Assembly (NCBI GenBank): GCA_951406725.2
Contig: OX597834.1
Span: forward strand, 9,796,001 to 9,860,000
Length of the DNA stretch: 64,000 nt
From: Octopus vulgaris
Taxonomy: Eukaryota
Direction of reading: 5' to 3'
Made by a program: the position numbers and the translations under genes. Shown here piece by piece: positions 1-14,691 of the stretch; position 1 is the first letter of the stretch, and every line of letters begins with the position of its first letter. Below the pieces are notes generated by a model. The model did no database searches, was not told the DNA's origin, and saw only the letters and a program-made list of their open reading frames with translations.

Positions 1-59
1 TTCCCCCCGATATCAATATTCTATTTTTACTCTCATTTTCTTTACTAACCTGATAACTA

Positions 60-1200
60 GAATCAGATATATCATCTTGTGTGACTGATCAATACAACTT
101 TTCTCTCTTCCAGGAATTATAATTTCCTTTTCCAGAATTTATACTTGCATAACAGTAATTTTCGTGAGCAGTTTATAAGTAGTGATATCTATATTAGAAA
201 TACATGAAGGGTTTGGTCAATAATAATCAGTAATCTTTTTAAGGATCTATATCCTACAGCCGATAGTCTTCATGAAAATGATTTAGAGGCTACTGAATTT
301 TACTGTTACCTAGTAGAGTTGTATTTCAAACGAAAAATCGTCCAAACTTTTGAATGTATCCATAACTTACTCAGTTTCTGATACTGTTTAAAGCAAGCCA
401 CGAATCAGATAATTTCAGGAGATATTTTTGTATTAACATTTCTGATATTTAATTCTCAGACAAATTACGGTTTCTATTTTACGTAGATGCGCTTACAAAT
501 ATAAGCTTCCGAAATGCTTCTAATGCGCCATTAGTGTTATATACCATCTATTGTTATTTTGTTCCCATTTTTATTCTTATAGACTTTCTGCTGATTGTTT
601 CCAACATCATGGTTTTAAGATTACCACGTTTTTCAAATGCCAAATCGGCATTAAGTAACAGATTATAATCAGTTATTTAAGCAAATGTTTTCGTTTCAAT
701 CATTCGAATGTTTGCAGTCATGTTTGTTCATTGCTTGTATTTAATCATCATGAGTTATATTTGCCAGAGTATAATCTCATGTGGGTTACTTTATTTGCCT
801 AGTAACGTGGAATATCACTTCTACATTCTAATTATCACCTCCAGTTATCTCATCTGTTGATGTATTTGTGTTTGGTAACTTTCCAATTCATTTTATCTTG
901 CATACTTTATTGTTAACATGCAAACGCGTTTACGGTATTCTTTAATTTAGATGTAATATTACGATTTTCTAATACTATGCTTATAGAAGCCTTTAAAAGA
1001 TTGTTTCTTACGAATACGCCTACAGTTCATGAGATCCATTTGAACAAGATTCTATATGTGGTGGCCATGAAAATGAATATGGTCAGTATTAGGAATGTCT
1101 ACACTATTACCAATAATATTATCCCCGAATTCAGAAAGGACATTATTATTTATTTTTATGAATACGAAAATTATTATAAAGCTTATATCACTTCACGATC
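60..1200 (-). pseudogene. Possible highly decayed Penelope-like element ORF remnant (RT thumb/GIY-YIG region)
   Basis: Minus-strand translation near 85-145 gives SINSGKGNYNSWKREKLY, resembling the YNxGxxxCNLCLxEKLxI motif at the PLE C-terminus. Other weak motif echoes lie upstream. Many stops and frameshifts; judged by eye. Confidence 0.3.
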
Positions 1201-1267
1201 TCTTTACTTGTAGATCAACAGAATCATTTGTACCTGTGACGATATATTTTTGTAAACCATGGTACTA

Positions 1268-1394
1268 CATGGTGTTCACAAAGTCTGGGTACATGGAGTA
1301 AATAAAATCATAACATAAACAATTAAATATAAGAAATACTAATTTCTTAAAGAATGTGTTAATCACCATGTATCCACACTTTGTGGACACCCTG
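1268..1394. mobile_element. Tc1/mariner-type MITE (~127 bp)
   Basis: 29-bp TIRs: CATGGTGTTCACAAAGTCTGGGTACATGG (1268-1296) vs the reverse complement of 1366-1394, CAGGGTGTCCACAAAGTGTGGATACATGG (4 mismatches). TA on both sides (1266-67, 1395-96). Confidence 0.8.
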
Positions 1395-1494
1395 TAGATT
1401 TGTATACAACTTCACCAGTTTAATAAATGATAAAACGTTATGCATAACCGAAAATAAATTACCTGTTTAATATTACAAAATAACCAAGGTGACA

Positions 1495-1685
1495 AGTTTG
1501 CAGACTCGGTAGTTCAGGGGATAACATTCTTAGCGATACTTCATCCGTCCTAGCATACTCAATTCAAGTACCACCGACGTAGAATTTGCCTTCCACACTT
1601 TCTAATCGATAAAATAAGCACCAATTTAATACTGGGGTCAACGTAATCTTCACCAATTCTCAGAATTACTGGCCTTGTGTAAATT
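1495..1685 (+). mobile_element. Diverged SINE family B copy
   Basis: aatttgccttccac...tcgataaaataagcacca...actggggtcaacgtaatc...ggccttgtg aligns by eye to the body and tail 2 of family B. Confidence 0.55.
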
Positions 1686-2217
1686 AAGCAGAGGAATATT
1701 ACAAAATATGAGATATAAAATAACGATATGAAATAACAAATGTTTGTGTCGGGTCATAAAATTGTATTTTGATAATTACAAAGAACACTCTATCAAGATT
1801 GACCAAACATTTATAACTGGAATATGTTTCTACCAAGCCTGAGTAGAAATTTTCTTACATGGGCAATGGTCTTATATGCAAAATGTCACCGTATTACGCT
1901 ACTGTTGCTGCTCACGAAAGTAGACGCAATCTGAGTTTATTCTTGAAACGGGTGTCTTTGCAACAGAAATCTTGGAAGAAAACGTTGGAACAATTCTAAC
2001 AGACAATTAACGACAAAAATTCCACAATTTCAGTTATTCATGATGTTTGAATTATGATTTATTCAATCGAAACATAGGAGGTAATATTCAGTTAGACGGT
2101 ATTCTCAAAAATCATAAAAATATTGCGCGTCCCTAGGTGTCCCTTCACATATGTGTATTCCCGTGCGTGTATCCTCTCATAATACATGTGTACACGTAAA
2201 TCACTCACTCACTCACT

Positions 2218-2257
<40 letters not shown>

Positions 2258-2260
<3 letters not shown>

Positions 2261-2436
2261 CCAGGTAACCACACAACCTGTATGTTCCATCTTCACAGCA
2301 GCTTTATTACTATATTTATTTTAGTGTGCTTTGTCTGAAATGTTTCGTCACACATCCTGTGACCTCTTTAACGACTATCCAACCCACGTATCTCCTTCTG
2401 CTCCCATCGAGAATCTTGAAAAATAAACACTAAACG
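2258..2436 (-). mobile_element. Short (TA)n-embedded element H4 with a degenerate hammerhead-like motif
   Basis: Unique ~180 bp between TA-rich runs. Minus strand 2333-2375 reads gtcg-TTAAAGAG-GTCAC aggatgt GTGAC-GAAACATT, with a perfect 5-bp stem II followed by GAAAC. The CUGANGA box is decayed. Confidence 0.45.
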
Positions 2437-2488
2437 TATATACGTGAATGTGTATGTCTGTGTGTGTGTATACATACATATATATATA

Positions 2489-2535
<47 letters not shown>

Positions 2536-3244
2536 ATATATGCAGTTATAAACTACACATCTATATTCATTATGCCCATATATACATACACTAAAAGCAC
2601 GCACATAATACAGGATATATATGTATACACACATAGCGTGCTGGGGAAAAAAAGCTATATTTTATGCAGTATTCCATTTCACAACAGTAAGAAATGCTAA
2701 AATAAAACGAAATAAGATAAACACGGTTATTCTTATTGCTGCGAGATATATTTTATAATATACTTCGTTAAGATGCTTTCAAACATATGTTCTTTCTCAA
2801 TACATGCTGTTCAAATAATAGGTGTTATATATAAAGACTTTTCCTCTGGCCTTTTGCCGTCTTGCATCTTGTTAACACTCTACAAGTTTTACCGCCTTAA
2901 CAAGTTGAACCTTACTTACTGGTCTGATTCATTAAATAGTGTTTGTCATAAATCTGTTAATCTCCTAAACATAACTTTCTGATACTAAGAGGCGGGAGGG
3001 TCATTTGTATGTAATATTATTAGATTTTCACTTGTTTTCGCTTACTCTTTTGTTTGTTTTGTTCTTCTTTTTTTTTTTTGTCTCTTTGGATGGGTTTATT
3101 CTTTCTTTCTTTCCTTTTCCGCGCTGCGACGTTAGATTCATTATACAACAGTGGTGCTCAACCTATACGCAACGATCAAAAACAAGAAAGTCATTCTGCT
3201 TTTTCTCTTCTTGTATACACACTAATACACACGCGCGCGTATAT

Positions 3245-3275
<31 letters not shown>

Positions 3276-3622
3276 TATATATATATAATACCTGTTATAT
3301 ACAACACACACACACACACACATATATAATACCTGTTATATAGAACACACACATAAATATTATATATATTATGTGTGACATGTATATCATATATATATAT
3401 ATATATATACAATATTTATGTGTGTTGTATATAACAGCTATATATATATATATATATATATAAAATATTATGTATAACGTATATATTTTATATATACATA
3501 TATATTATGTATAATATGAATATTTTATATATACATATTTTATATATAATATTTATGTATATATATATATATATATTTTATGTATAATATGTATAGTTTA
3601 TATATACATATATATATATACA

Positions 3623-3662
<40 letters not shown>

Positions 3663-5012
3663 TGTATAACATGTATATTTTATATATACATATTTTATAT
3701 GTGATATTTATGTATATATTTATATTGTGTGTGTGTGTTTACAGAGTTAGGTTTTCGAATACTTTCCTATATGTATGTTTCTTCAATTCGAATTACAGAA
3801 TCATTTTTATCTTCTGATTCGATGCGACAAAATTATAAAAACAAAGAAAGAACACAACGCAAATAACAAGCGAAATGTAAACACGCTGAGATCTGCTTCA
3901 TTACTATTGCTAATATAACACACAGACAACGATGAGTACAAAACAAGAAAAATATACTCATCAAATATTAACTATATATTTACTAGGGAGAGCGACAGAC
4001 AGACACACACACAGACACACAGACAGATTGTGACATAGGCAGATAAAGAAAGAAAGAACGAAAGAGAGACAGACAGACAGAAACTTAAATATTTATTTGA
4101 TCTTTTATTTGAATTAGTATCACATTTATTTCTCGTGTTATTTTTTCTTTCACAGTTATCTTTCTCTCAGTTTATCTCTCATTGTCTGTATCAAAAGGGC
4201 AAGTCTCTGTCTGTCTGTCTGAATATATGTATGTATGTGTGCATACATGTATGTACGTATGTGTAAAAGTATATAAATATATATGTATATATATATATAT
4301 TTAGATACTTTTACACATGCACACGTACATACATGTATGCATAAATATATATAGAGAGATAGAGAGATACATAGATTGATATATATGCTATGTATATGTA
4401 TTGTATATAGCTATACTATGGCTGCCCCCTCGTTATCGAGTATGGCCATTGCACGCAGCTTAACTCCTACTGGTGCTGTGATCGAATGTGACTTTTTAGC
4501 CTAGCCAAAGTTCTACAAGACATTATATAGATATATATGTTTATATATACATACATATATACATACATAAATACATTCACACATACATATATTTAGACAA
4601 AGTCACAAACACAAAAACATTTTCTACGTATATTTCTATGAATTTACTTCAAGTACATATATATGTGAATATTTGTATGCATTGTGAAGTTTTGACCTCG
4701 ACTGGCCAAAAGGAATCTGGCATAAATATTCACAGAACTTTTTCAGTATAATTTTTCTGTTTCCCTTTTAGTTGATTGAGGTATATGAGAAAGGGCAGCG
4801 CCTTCGACCTGCCTTATATGAAGGCGTCTATGACTGACAGTAGGGGAAGAGGTGCTTTTATCTACATCGTAGACATCTAACATTGGTTTGCACTCTGGTA
4901 CCTCTACCCAAAGTCCAAATCGTGTTTAAAATTTTAGCTGTTTGTAGCTAGTTGTGTTTAAGACTAAAAGTCTTTGATATTGCTTTCAGAAAATTTTAGA
5001 TTTGAAACTAAA

Positions 5013-5308
5013 CAGTGTTTCTGAGCAATACTTTATCTATGGAACCCTTTGATTACTGTTTTACTGTGATGCAACCCCAAAAGTAATTTGTACATGCTTA
5101 TTTCAAAATTCCTATCTTGCTTTTCACACATTAACTGGTGTTGGTAGAACCACGTAAAATGTTGGAGAAAGAATTCTTACTGTTTGTTTCTATAGATACA
5201 TCTAAGGAAAAATATTTTCATAGACCCTTAATATATCACTATTGTCTTGGACCCCAAAAATTCTTGTACGGAGCTCATAGTTCCTTGAGCCAGGTTTAGC
5301 ACAATTAT
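5013..5308. mobile_element. Diverged hAT (Charlie-like) MITE, same family as 36457-36782
   Basis: Starts CAGTGTTTCT...tatggaaccctttgattactgttttact, matching the start of the 36457 element. It ends with ggacccc...ccaggtttagcacaatta, a decayed right TIR. Confidence 0.45.
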
Positions 5309-6382
5309 TTCATACATATCTAAAGCGAAAGGTTAAATTATAGGGAATTTTTTTGTTAAGTTAAAAATCTAAGTTGGGACTGTTAAAACTATATCATCTT
5401 ATAAGATGTTAATGAACATAATCTTAGTAAATAAAAAATTAACATTTGTTTTTTAACAATCCTTAGATTTTATGATCAAATTTACTCCACGATTTTACTA
5501 GATATATTTGCCGGTTTTTATAAGTTTTATACATTTCCCAATGTCTGCAGAGCGACAAAGTTAATTCTTGCTTCGAAGACTTTGTTATAGTTCTATAAGT
5601 ATTTTTTCTAAGTTGTCAGTTCAGGATCAGTATGAGAGTGAAACTTGATCTAATTAAATGTACATTCTCTTTAAGTGTTCGCTCTTTTTATATTTTATAA
5701 AAATATACCCATAAAACTGCAGCTAAAGACTTAAACAGACTTAAATCAACCATGGCCGTCCTAACATAATAGAAAATCTATCCTATGCTCTATGTGTGCT
5801 ATCTCGTAGTTCATATAATTATATTTGGTATACTCAAAAGCCAATACTATTTCTGAAAAAAAAAAAAGTTAAGAACAAATATATAAAGAGATAAATAAAT
5901 AAAATACTTCTGTTAGAACGAAGTTACTGGTGTGGAAACTTGTTTCTAGCTAGATATTGATGTTTATTAAAATGATATGTCGAAAAAGCTAGATATTGCA
6001 ACAATACAATCATTGTAAAATTGATGCAAATGAAGAATAGATAAGAGTTACAGAAAGTAATGTCTATGAGTCTGCTAGACGACAAGTAATTATGATACGT
6101 ATCATAATGGTTTTTAGGTTTCAGTGAGGAAATTATTATATTATCGTTACTAACATAAACGTTAGGAATTGTCAGTCCTTTGTGTTCAAAAATAGGGGAA
6201 ATAAAAAAAAAAAGATTAGAAGAAAGAACTAAAAATAAAGAAGAGAAAAGCTAAATTGTATTTTCAGTGATAAATTCTGATAAAAATCGTACACTAGCCA
6301 ATATCAAATTTGAGTAAAATTGCACGAAATCAGGTTTTTCATTGAAGACACAATAGCATTACACACAAAATCAAACAAACAT

Positions 6383-6384
<2 letters not shown>

Positions 6385-6435
<51 letters not shown>

Positions 6436-6503
6436 TTTGTGTGTGTGTGTGTGTACATTTTTGTGTATATATATATATATATGTGTGTGTGTACATTTTT
6501 GTG

Positions 6504-6536
<33 letters not shown>

Positions 6537-6795
6537 ACATTTTTGTGTATATATATATATGTGTGTGTACATTTTGGTGTATATATATATATATATGTGT
6601 ACATTTTTGTGTGTATATATATATATGTGTGTGTGTGTGTACATTTTTGTGTATATATATATATATGTGTGTGTACATTTTGGTGTATATATATATATAT
6701 ATATGTGTACATTTTTTGTGTGTATATATATATATATATGTGTGTGTGTGTACATTTTTTTTTGTATATATGTATATGTATATATATATATATAA
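6385..6795. repeat. Compound minisatellite, unit ~(TG)n-TACATTTTTGTG-(TA)n
   Basis: The anchor gtgtacattttt(g/t)gtgtat recurs about 9 times, separated by variable TA/TG runs. Confidence 0.9.
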
Positions 6796-7072
6796 GCATG
6801 CGAGTGGAAACATCGATGATTACATAAGCACACAAAGGTATACACATTTTACCGCATTTATTGTATGTTAAATCTTTTAAACTGAAAGGAAAACTAATTC
6901 CATTAGAGCTAATGTTTCTATATGACAATATTATATAATGCGTGCATTTAGTTTTAGTAACGCTGGGTAGCACTACGTACGATTGTCGATTTGGTTAGCG
7001 CTACAGGAAATGTATACGATAGAATTTTACAGGTTTCCTAAATCTGAAATGTATCAGAAGAATTTTCCTATG

Positions 7073-7107
<35 letters not shown>

Positions 7108-7119
7108 CATACATATGTA

Positions 7120-7370
7120 CGAGGTGCCTTCAAAATGTATGTGACTTTATTTTCTCCATTAAACTAATGCCGCGTCGGCAAAATTCTTTCAATGGAATGT
7201 AACGCCATCTTCCCTGCATATGCGTCAACATGTTCACGTCATTAAGGCCACCTTACGCCCTGTTCTGATTTTCGTTTCCAGCGAAAACATTAAACAGACA
7301 TATTGAAGATCCTGATGATTCCGTTTGAGAGTGGTCCGAGATTATACACTGAGATACTCACTCCAATTTC
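7120..7370 (+). mobile_element. Mariner-like transposon left-end fragment
   Basis: TA|CGAGGTGCCTTCAAAATGTATGTGACTTTATTTT resembles mariner TIR starts of the TA-CGAGG..TTCAAAAAGT type. No matching right TIR seen. Confidence 0.45.
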
Positions 7371-7425
7371 TCTACTTTTTCCATCAGAATTATATATACA
7401 GCTATGGTTTATATATATATATATA

Positions 7426-7573
7426 CCGGAGTAAACACATAAATGTGAAACAAGGTGGAAAAAAGAGTACTCAAATGCCATTGGTAGAGTAATATGGTTT
7501 ATTTAAAGCAGCAGAAAATTGCAACGGGAAACTCAGAGTAACAGGTTTTGTTGAATTTTCTGCTGCTTTAAAT
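7426..7573. mobile_element. (TA)n-embedded element H2 with internal inversion and the 3' half of a hammerhead-like motif
   Basis: Perfect 20-bp inverted repeat 7501-7520/7554-7573. The spacer contains GCAACGG-GAAACTCAGAGTA-ACAG. 7432-7500 is homologous to the reverse complement of 16141-16209. Confidence 0.7.
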
Positions 7574-7584
7574 TATAATATAAA

Positions 7585-7629
<45 letters not shown>

Positions 7630-7634
<5 letters not shown>

Positions 7635-7892
7635 GAAATGAGGTACTCAGAAATTTGGATGGTTTTATATTTACAGCTATTTATTTGTATATTACATGTT
7701 TTTATACATCATATAACTTAGATATCATATATTAGCGATTTCTCCGATTCTAGTGGGGTTTTCACATCGAACTAAGTTCCACAGGAACATGTAATATACA
7801 AATAAATATCTGTAAATAGAAAACCATCCGAATTTCTGAGTACCTCATTTCTTCTAATATAAAATGCCTGTACATCATCTCCAAACCTTCCG
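7630..7892. mobile_element. Foldback element with 71-bp inverted repeats in (TA)n
   Basis: 7630-7700 and 7786-7856 are reverse complements with 3 mismatches and an 85-bp spacer. TA runs flank both sides. Confidence 0.8.
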
Positions 7893-8009
7893 ATATATAT
7901 ATATAAATTTTAAAGTTGAAGTGCCACCATTCAGCCTGGCAAAACATCAACTAATTCAAGTACTGATCTGGCTCTACCTTAACATATCGTGTATATCGAT
8001 TTTTATTTG

Positions 8010-8290
8010 TCAGTATCAAAGTTTTGCACGTGGCCAGTAATATTGAGGAAGAGGGTTAGCCGATTTCATTGGTCCTTGTGCTGGGGACATACCTCCTTAC
8101 CTGAAATATTTGGCTTTGTGCCAAAATTTGAGTCCAATATCAATATTTGATTTAAGGCGACACACTGGCAGAGTCGTGGGATTACAAGTTGGTAATATCG
8201 TAATCAAATTTGTACGTTCTGAGTTAAAATTTCGTCCTTAGTTCAAATTGCTGGCCTTCTACCAAACTTTTTTTGAACAAGGCAGTGTGC
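8010..8290. mobile_element. Cluster of degraded SINE family B fragments in both orientations
   Basis: Tail-2-like ttttgcacgtggccagtaa... on minus, ggctttgtgccaaaatttga on plus, and head-like aaggcgacacactggcagagtcg...gttctgagtt on plus. Confidence 0.45.
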
Positions 8291-9054
8291 ATAAGCTACC
8301 AGTGTGTTAAGAGATTATGTAGGAATTGCCGTCTGTCTCTGAAGTAGGACGTTACAGTGCAGGCATGATTTATCAAAGCCAAAGCTTAGTCTAAACAGGA
8401 ACAAATATGTTTAGCATGGTCATATATAATACATACATATATATATATATATATATGCATGTGTGATTGTACGCATCTATGCATGCAATCCTGCAAATGC
8501 GAACAGGCGAGGATTGCTAAATAAATGTCTCAGAGACTGCATACAATGTTGTTAGATTTCTAGCTACGGGAATAGATCAAACACTCGTTTTAATGATGGC
8601 ATTGAAATCCTACAACAATCCAAAGAGAGCTGCTCCTTTTGAGATTACGAGAAGTGCTTTATGGCAAAATATAATACAACGAAACCCTCGCTGTAGCTGT
8701 ACGTGACCAATGCCAGGAACAAATAAGGACAAAATAAAATATTATACTGCACTAAATTCATACACACATAAATATTTACATTTATATGTATACGTGTGCA
8801 AACGTAAATATGATCAAACAGACACCACAGAGGCTGATGGTGGTCTACATCGACAAAACCTATGTAGTGGAAACCGGTAAATGTACAGTGCATTTGCCGT
8901 GAGAACTGAGAAATCCAAAGTGAGGGTGTCGTTGAAAGAGAAAGAGGCCACAGTCAAAATTGGGCATATATTTATCTATATGTGTCTATATGTATATATA
9001 CATATATGTGTGTGTGTGTATATATGTATAAATATATATATATATATATGTAAA

Positions 9055-9109
<55 letters not shown>

Positions 9110-9117
9110 TTATATAC

Positions 9118-9292
9118 ATCGCTAGCCACTACACATTTTTTATTTACTCTCCTTGTTTCTTTCTGTGGAAGAGCGTAGGCTCGAAACGTTAAAGACTTTT
9201 TAACCTCCGAGCGATACTATGTACTAATACATCTGTTTGTTGTCTACACCATCTGCCTTCGTCTTTTGTTTTTCTTTTGTGAATTCTACCTA
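9118..9292 (+). mobile_element. (TA)n-embedded element H1, copy 1 (Penelope pLTR/retrozyme-like)
   Basis: Homologous to 31046-31197 and to the reverse complements of 42081-42283 and 45905-46013. Flanked by TA runs. Confidence 0.8.
9158..9195 (+). ncRNA. Minimal type-I hammerhead-ribozyme-like motif (non-canonical CUGUGGA core)
   Basis: tcttt-CTGTGGAA-GAGC GTAG GCTC-GAAACGTT-aaaga: stem I tcttt/aaaga, stem II GAGC/GCTC, GAAA, and a palindromic ACGT stem III. Confidence 0.55.
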
Positions 9293-9880
9293 TCTACATA
9301 TATATGTAAATATATGTATATATATACATACATACATAGATATATGTATTTGTGTGTGTATTCGACTTACACCATTTCTCAGCCATAAGATATCAGAAAA
9401 CACTATGCACTCAAAGGTGTATCTGAAAGTAGTTTAAACCTCACACCACTTAAATAATACCTGTATGTATATATTTATATATGTGTCTGTGCATTTGTGT
9501 GTTTGTATAAATAAACAAACGTATCAGCGTGTAGGGGTCTATGAGCGTGAGAGAGAGGAGAAGGATGAGGAGTAGAGAGAGTGAGAGAACGCATGTGAAT
9601 TATATAACATGGTTAAGGTTTATTTCCTCGTTACAGTGAATATGGAAAGAAGAGTGAAATGTCTTTAAGGGAGGCAGAATAAGAGGAGGAAATATGTTAC
9701 AAAATAAGCACAAAGTAAAAGCATAAAGTATCTAATTATAGAGATGTGAAAATATGAAAAGTTAAAACTGCGCGAAATTTAGATGGATGGAACATCACTG
9801 AGGAAGATTTAAATCGTAAAAGAAAAAAATAATGTTGCTTAAATATTATACACGAGCACACACGTACAGATTTACACATT

Positions 9881-9883
<3 letters not shown>

Positions 9884-9929
<46 letters not shown>

Positions 9930-10610
9930 CTGTATACAGATTTATATATTCATATATATACTAATATATATATATATATGTATATATGTATACATATATA
10001 TATATATGTACATATGTATGCATATATATATGTACATATGTATGCATATATATATATATATATGTATATATGTATACATATATATATGTATATATGTATG
10101 CATATATATATATATATATATATGTATACATATATATATGTATATATGTATACATATATATATGTATACGTATATATGCATATATGTATACATATATATA
10201 TATATGCATATATATATATGTATATATGTATACATATATATATATATATATATACATATATATATACATATATATACATATATATATGTATACATATATA
10301 TATATGTATACATATATATATATGTATACATATATATATATATATACATATATATATATGTATATATGTATATATGTATATATGTATACATATATATATA
10401 TATATATATATATATGTATACATATATATATATATACATATATATGTATACATATATATATATATATGTATATATGTATATACATATATATATATACATA
10501 TATATGTATACATATATATATACATATATATGTATACATATATATATATACATATATATGTATAGGCATATATATATATGTATAAATATGTATGTACGAA
10601 CATATATACG

Positions 10611-10647
<37 letters not shown>

Positions 10648-10660
10648 GTGTGTGTGTTTG
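9884..10660. repeat. Long degenerate (TA)n/TATACA/TATG microsatellite
   Basis: About 780 bp of near-pure alternating purine-pyrimidine sequence. It is the source of the spurious YI-rich ORFs. Confidence 0.95.
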
Positions 10661-10774
10661 TATGTATATAGCTATAAGCTTATAGGACGTTATGCCCATG
10701 TGTATCTATATATATGCACGTTTGTATGCGCGGTTATTCTTTAATCAATGAAATATATATACTTATACACACAC

Positions 10775-10810
<36 letters not shown>

Positions 10811-11177
10811 TATGTATGCATATATATATATATATCTGTGGGTGGGTGTATGTAGTATGCATATATGTATGTACGTACGTAGGTAGTTAGGTATATACAT
10901 AAAATATGTGCTGGATTGATTTCTTTTATCAACCATTCTAGTGATTTTTGATCAATAACAATTACCGTTATCTCTTGTGATATTTCCTTCCTCACGTTTT
11001 TTTTTTTGATTTAATTTTTTTTCTTTTATTTCGTCATCCTTTCATTTTGCTAAGCAAGCAGATTAAATGCCAAATTGCACAACACACGCAGAAACTCACA
11101 CAAATATAATGCATACATATATGTATATACATACAAATTATGCATGCAATTTTTTCATATATACATACATACACACT

Positions 11178-11214
<37 letters not shown>

Positions 11215-12904
11215 GTGTATGTATGTGTGTGTGTGTGTGTGTGTGTCTTTCATATAGAAAAATATGCGTGGCAAAATATTCAACGCTGAGAAGGAGATCA
11301 GATTTTTTACTCAATTTTAATATTCCACCATGAAATGAATCGAGTACTTTTTAATTTCACGCCTTACCATATATATATATATATATATATATCTAAGTCT
11401 GTTTTTGTGTGCATGTGTATGCATCTGAAAGTGTGTGTATGTGTGTGTCTGCGTGAATGTGTATATATCTGCGTGTGTCTTTGCATGTATATGCGTTGAA
11501 ATCGCTGAAGAATCTATATTATATGAAATTTTAACTCTTCAATAGGCTCAGTTTGAAAATTATCTTATACAACTAATAAATTTATAAATTTTATATCATG
11601 CTCGGTAGCAATATCGGAAATTATCAAAAAGAAACTAGAATTAATAAAATAGTGTGATATAATACCACTAATACAACACAAGAAAACACAACGAAATGTG
11701 GTGTATATTTAGGAGATGAAATACAGAAAAGCTATATAATTTTTTAGTATATTTGAACAATGTGTGATTTCTGACTCCAATATTTTCACAAACGAAATCT
11801 TCATATTGTTTATTTACACTTCCTGAATTCAGACCTGTACTGTACCATTTGTGTTTTGCACATACCCGGTATTTAGAATTCTTTCCGTCTCTCTTCTTGT
11901 CTCTCTCTCCCTTTCTCTCTCTCTACACACACAGACATATTTATAGCTTATATATGATATGATTATTATATATATGTATATGTTTAAAGCCCTATATCGC
12001 TAGACATTTCTGCTTCACTGACCACTCCACCTCAACAGCTCTTGTTCGTGGATTACCAACCACTGGCTTCCAGAGGAAACATAAGCTCTGCTGGGTCTCT
12101 CGCGGAGGTCTTTTCAAGTTACTGCCTCCTCCTCAATCTCACTTTCCCGTGTATTTCTTCATCCTTACTTTTAATGAAAGACTTAAGTACGAACACACTT
12201 TCTCCATTGAAGCATTATATTAAGAATATATTTGTAAAAGTTGAAGTGATTTCTTAATAAATATGTTATTTGCAATATGCATAGACATGAATGCACAAAC
12301 ACACACATACATAAAAACATACATACATACCGTCTTACCTAAACGGAACAGTAAACTTATATATATATATATATATATGACAAAGTTTAGTTCTTATTGC
12401 GATGTTCTACTTCAAGAAACTTGAGAAAAGTTGCTCAACAGACCACAAGTATGGGGAGGTCAATTGGTTAGTCAGAATAATTTGGGCCATCATTACTCAG
12501 TAATATAAAATGGATTTTCGTAACGCCTAGAAAAAAAAGCAAAGTTTGAAAAAGAATCGATTAGAATTCACAACCCACAAAACCCAAAAGAGGACCACCT
12601 GCCCTGATGAAAACATAGCATTACAACAGCAAAATCGCAGAGGTGATCAGCGGTGCACATCGAGGACTGAACTTGAATCCGCAAGGGAAGCTTAAATGGC
12701 AGGAGGAAAAGTACTTAGCTAAATAAAGCAGAGAAGCAAAAGAGACACACCAAAGATGAAAACAGCAAAGAAAGTTCAATTTTCATGACACACAGGGAAC
12801 AGGGTGTTGATAAATCAATAACAATAACTATATGTATGTAGGCGTGTACGTATGTATGTATGTGTATGTACTTGTGTATGTATGTATGTATGTATGTATG
12901 TACG

Positions 12905-13430
12905 TCATTATTCAGACCTATTTCAAGATTTTTTGCCAATAGACAAAGAGATGGTTTCTAACCTAGATCCAATGTTCCTTCTTTGGAATTTCTATAATAT
13001 CAACAGCATATGTTTGCATTTATGTGTGCATGTTTGCAGTATTTGGAGTCAGTGCATGTGCAGATTTCTATGTTTTGTTTTATGCAACTATTCTCATGCA
13101 TCTATTTGCTTTTTCCATCTATCCTCACGCATGTACTTACATCAATATATTCATCAATTGCTCCATTTAATTTGAGAGTAAATTTTTCTTTGGTAGCAAG
13201 ATTTTGAAGTATAATATCTTGTATTCACCACCTTCCTTTAGATCTTAAGATATATCAGAATGTATACTCTCAGATATCGTGATTATTTGCATACATTAAG
13301 GATTTGCATTCTCTCTCGAGAATCTCAATTTCAGCTATACTTTGCTCCAGACTGGTTGGTACATACACATTTGTTACAGTAATAATTAGTATTGAAACTG
13401 AAGGTGTATCTTTGCTACTGGATTTACAAA
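12905..13430 (-). pseudogene. Decayed LINE apurinic-endonuclease-domain remnant
   Basis: Minus-strand translation near 13320-13400, LIITVTNVYVPTSLEQSIAEIE, resembles the APE motif (I/T)IxVYAPT...EIEEFY of RTE/CR1-type LINEs. The rest is stop-ridden. Confidence 0.4.
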
Positions 13431-13761
13431 CGTCTTATATATACATACTCTATATATGTATGTATATACATAATATACATATATATATATATATATATAT
13501 ATGATTTGTAAGAAACACACTATGGAATTCACGATATTCTTTATTAATCACAATAATCGTTTTCACCCATCTTCTATCGATCCCTCGCGGATGAGATACT
13601 GTAAAATTGCTTATGGTGTATCCTTCGCTGCAGATGTGTCTCGTCAGTTGACTTTTCAATACTTACCTCGTTCAATAAACTCGGTGTCGCTTAAAACTGC
13701 ATGTCGTTATTTGTCCGTAGTTAACTGCCTACTGTTTGCGTGTTTTCAAATGTATGTATGC

Positions 13762-13815
<54 letters not shown>

Positions 13816-14633
13816 GTATGTAACTATGTGTTTTCATAAGCATAGAAACCGTGTACTTAAATGTGTCAATCTACTTTATGCTGCCTCAACGTCGCTGCGT
13901 AATGAGAAAACATACAAATAATTTACTTCAATTTTTTTTTTTTTTTTAAATTTAGCGATCGAAAACCCCCGTAAAAAAACGAAACGAAACCAAACCGAAC
14001 TATCTGAATACTTGTTTCAAATTCATTTTAGCTTACAGAAAATCACTATTTATCAAAACATGAATATAGTGGGGATAAATAAAAAAAATCAGTACCGTAT
14101 ACAAATTGTAAAGTTAACTGTTATAAATCTCAGGAGAGTCTGTCACTGATTTTGCTTTTTCTTCCCACATAGATATAATAGAATTATTTCATTTATCGAT
14201 GTTTATATCTATTCTAAGCATTAGATGTTTATCGATAAACAAAATAATCAGATACACACAGAGAATTAGATTACTACACAAATGTAGGAACTGTACATAA
14301 AATAATATTATTATTCCTGATATTGTTGTTATCACTGTTGTTGTTATTATTATTATTATTATTATGCAAATAATACGAAAGATCATTTATCCATAAGTAT
14401 ATACATGTACATATATGTGTGTTTGTGTGTGTATAAATATTATATATATATTACATGCATAAACAAATATGTATGTTCATATATATATCATTATATATAT
14501 ACATATATAAAATATTTATATATACATACATACATATATAGACACACACACATATATATAACCATATATATATATATATGCACATATATATACACACACA
14601 CACATATATATATACGCACACGCACACACACAC

Positions 14634-14691
<58 letters not shown>

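Noticed and set aside
9912-10699. Long ORFs of 200-251 aa in multiple frames (also at 6.3-7.0, 19.4, 23.3, 46.9, 50.6, 51.4 and 55.9 kb)
   Set aside because: They are translations of stop-free TA/TG/GATA microsatellites ([12 protein letters not shown]), open on both strands, with no protein-like complexity.
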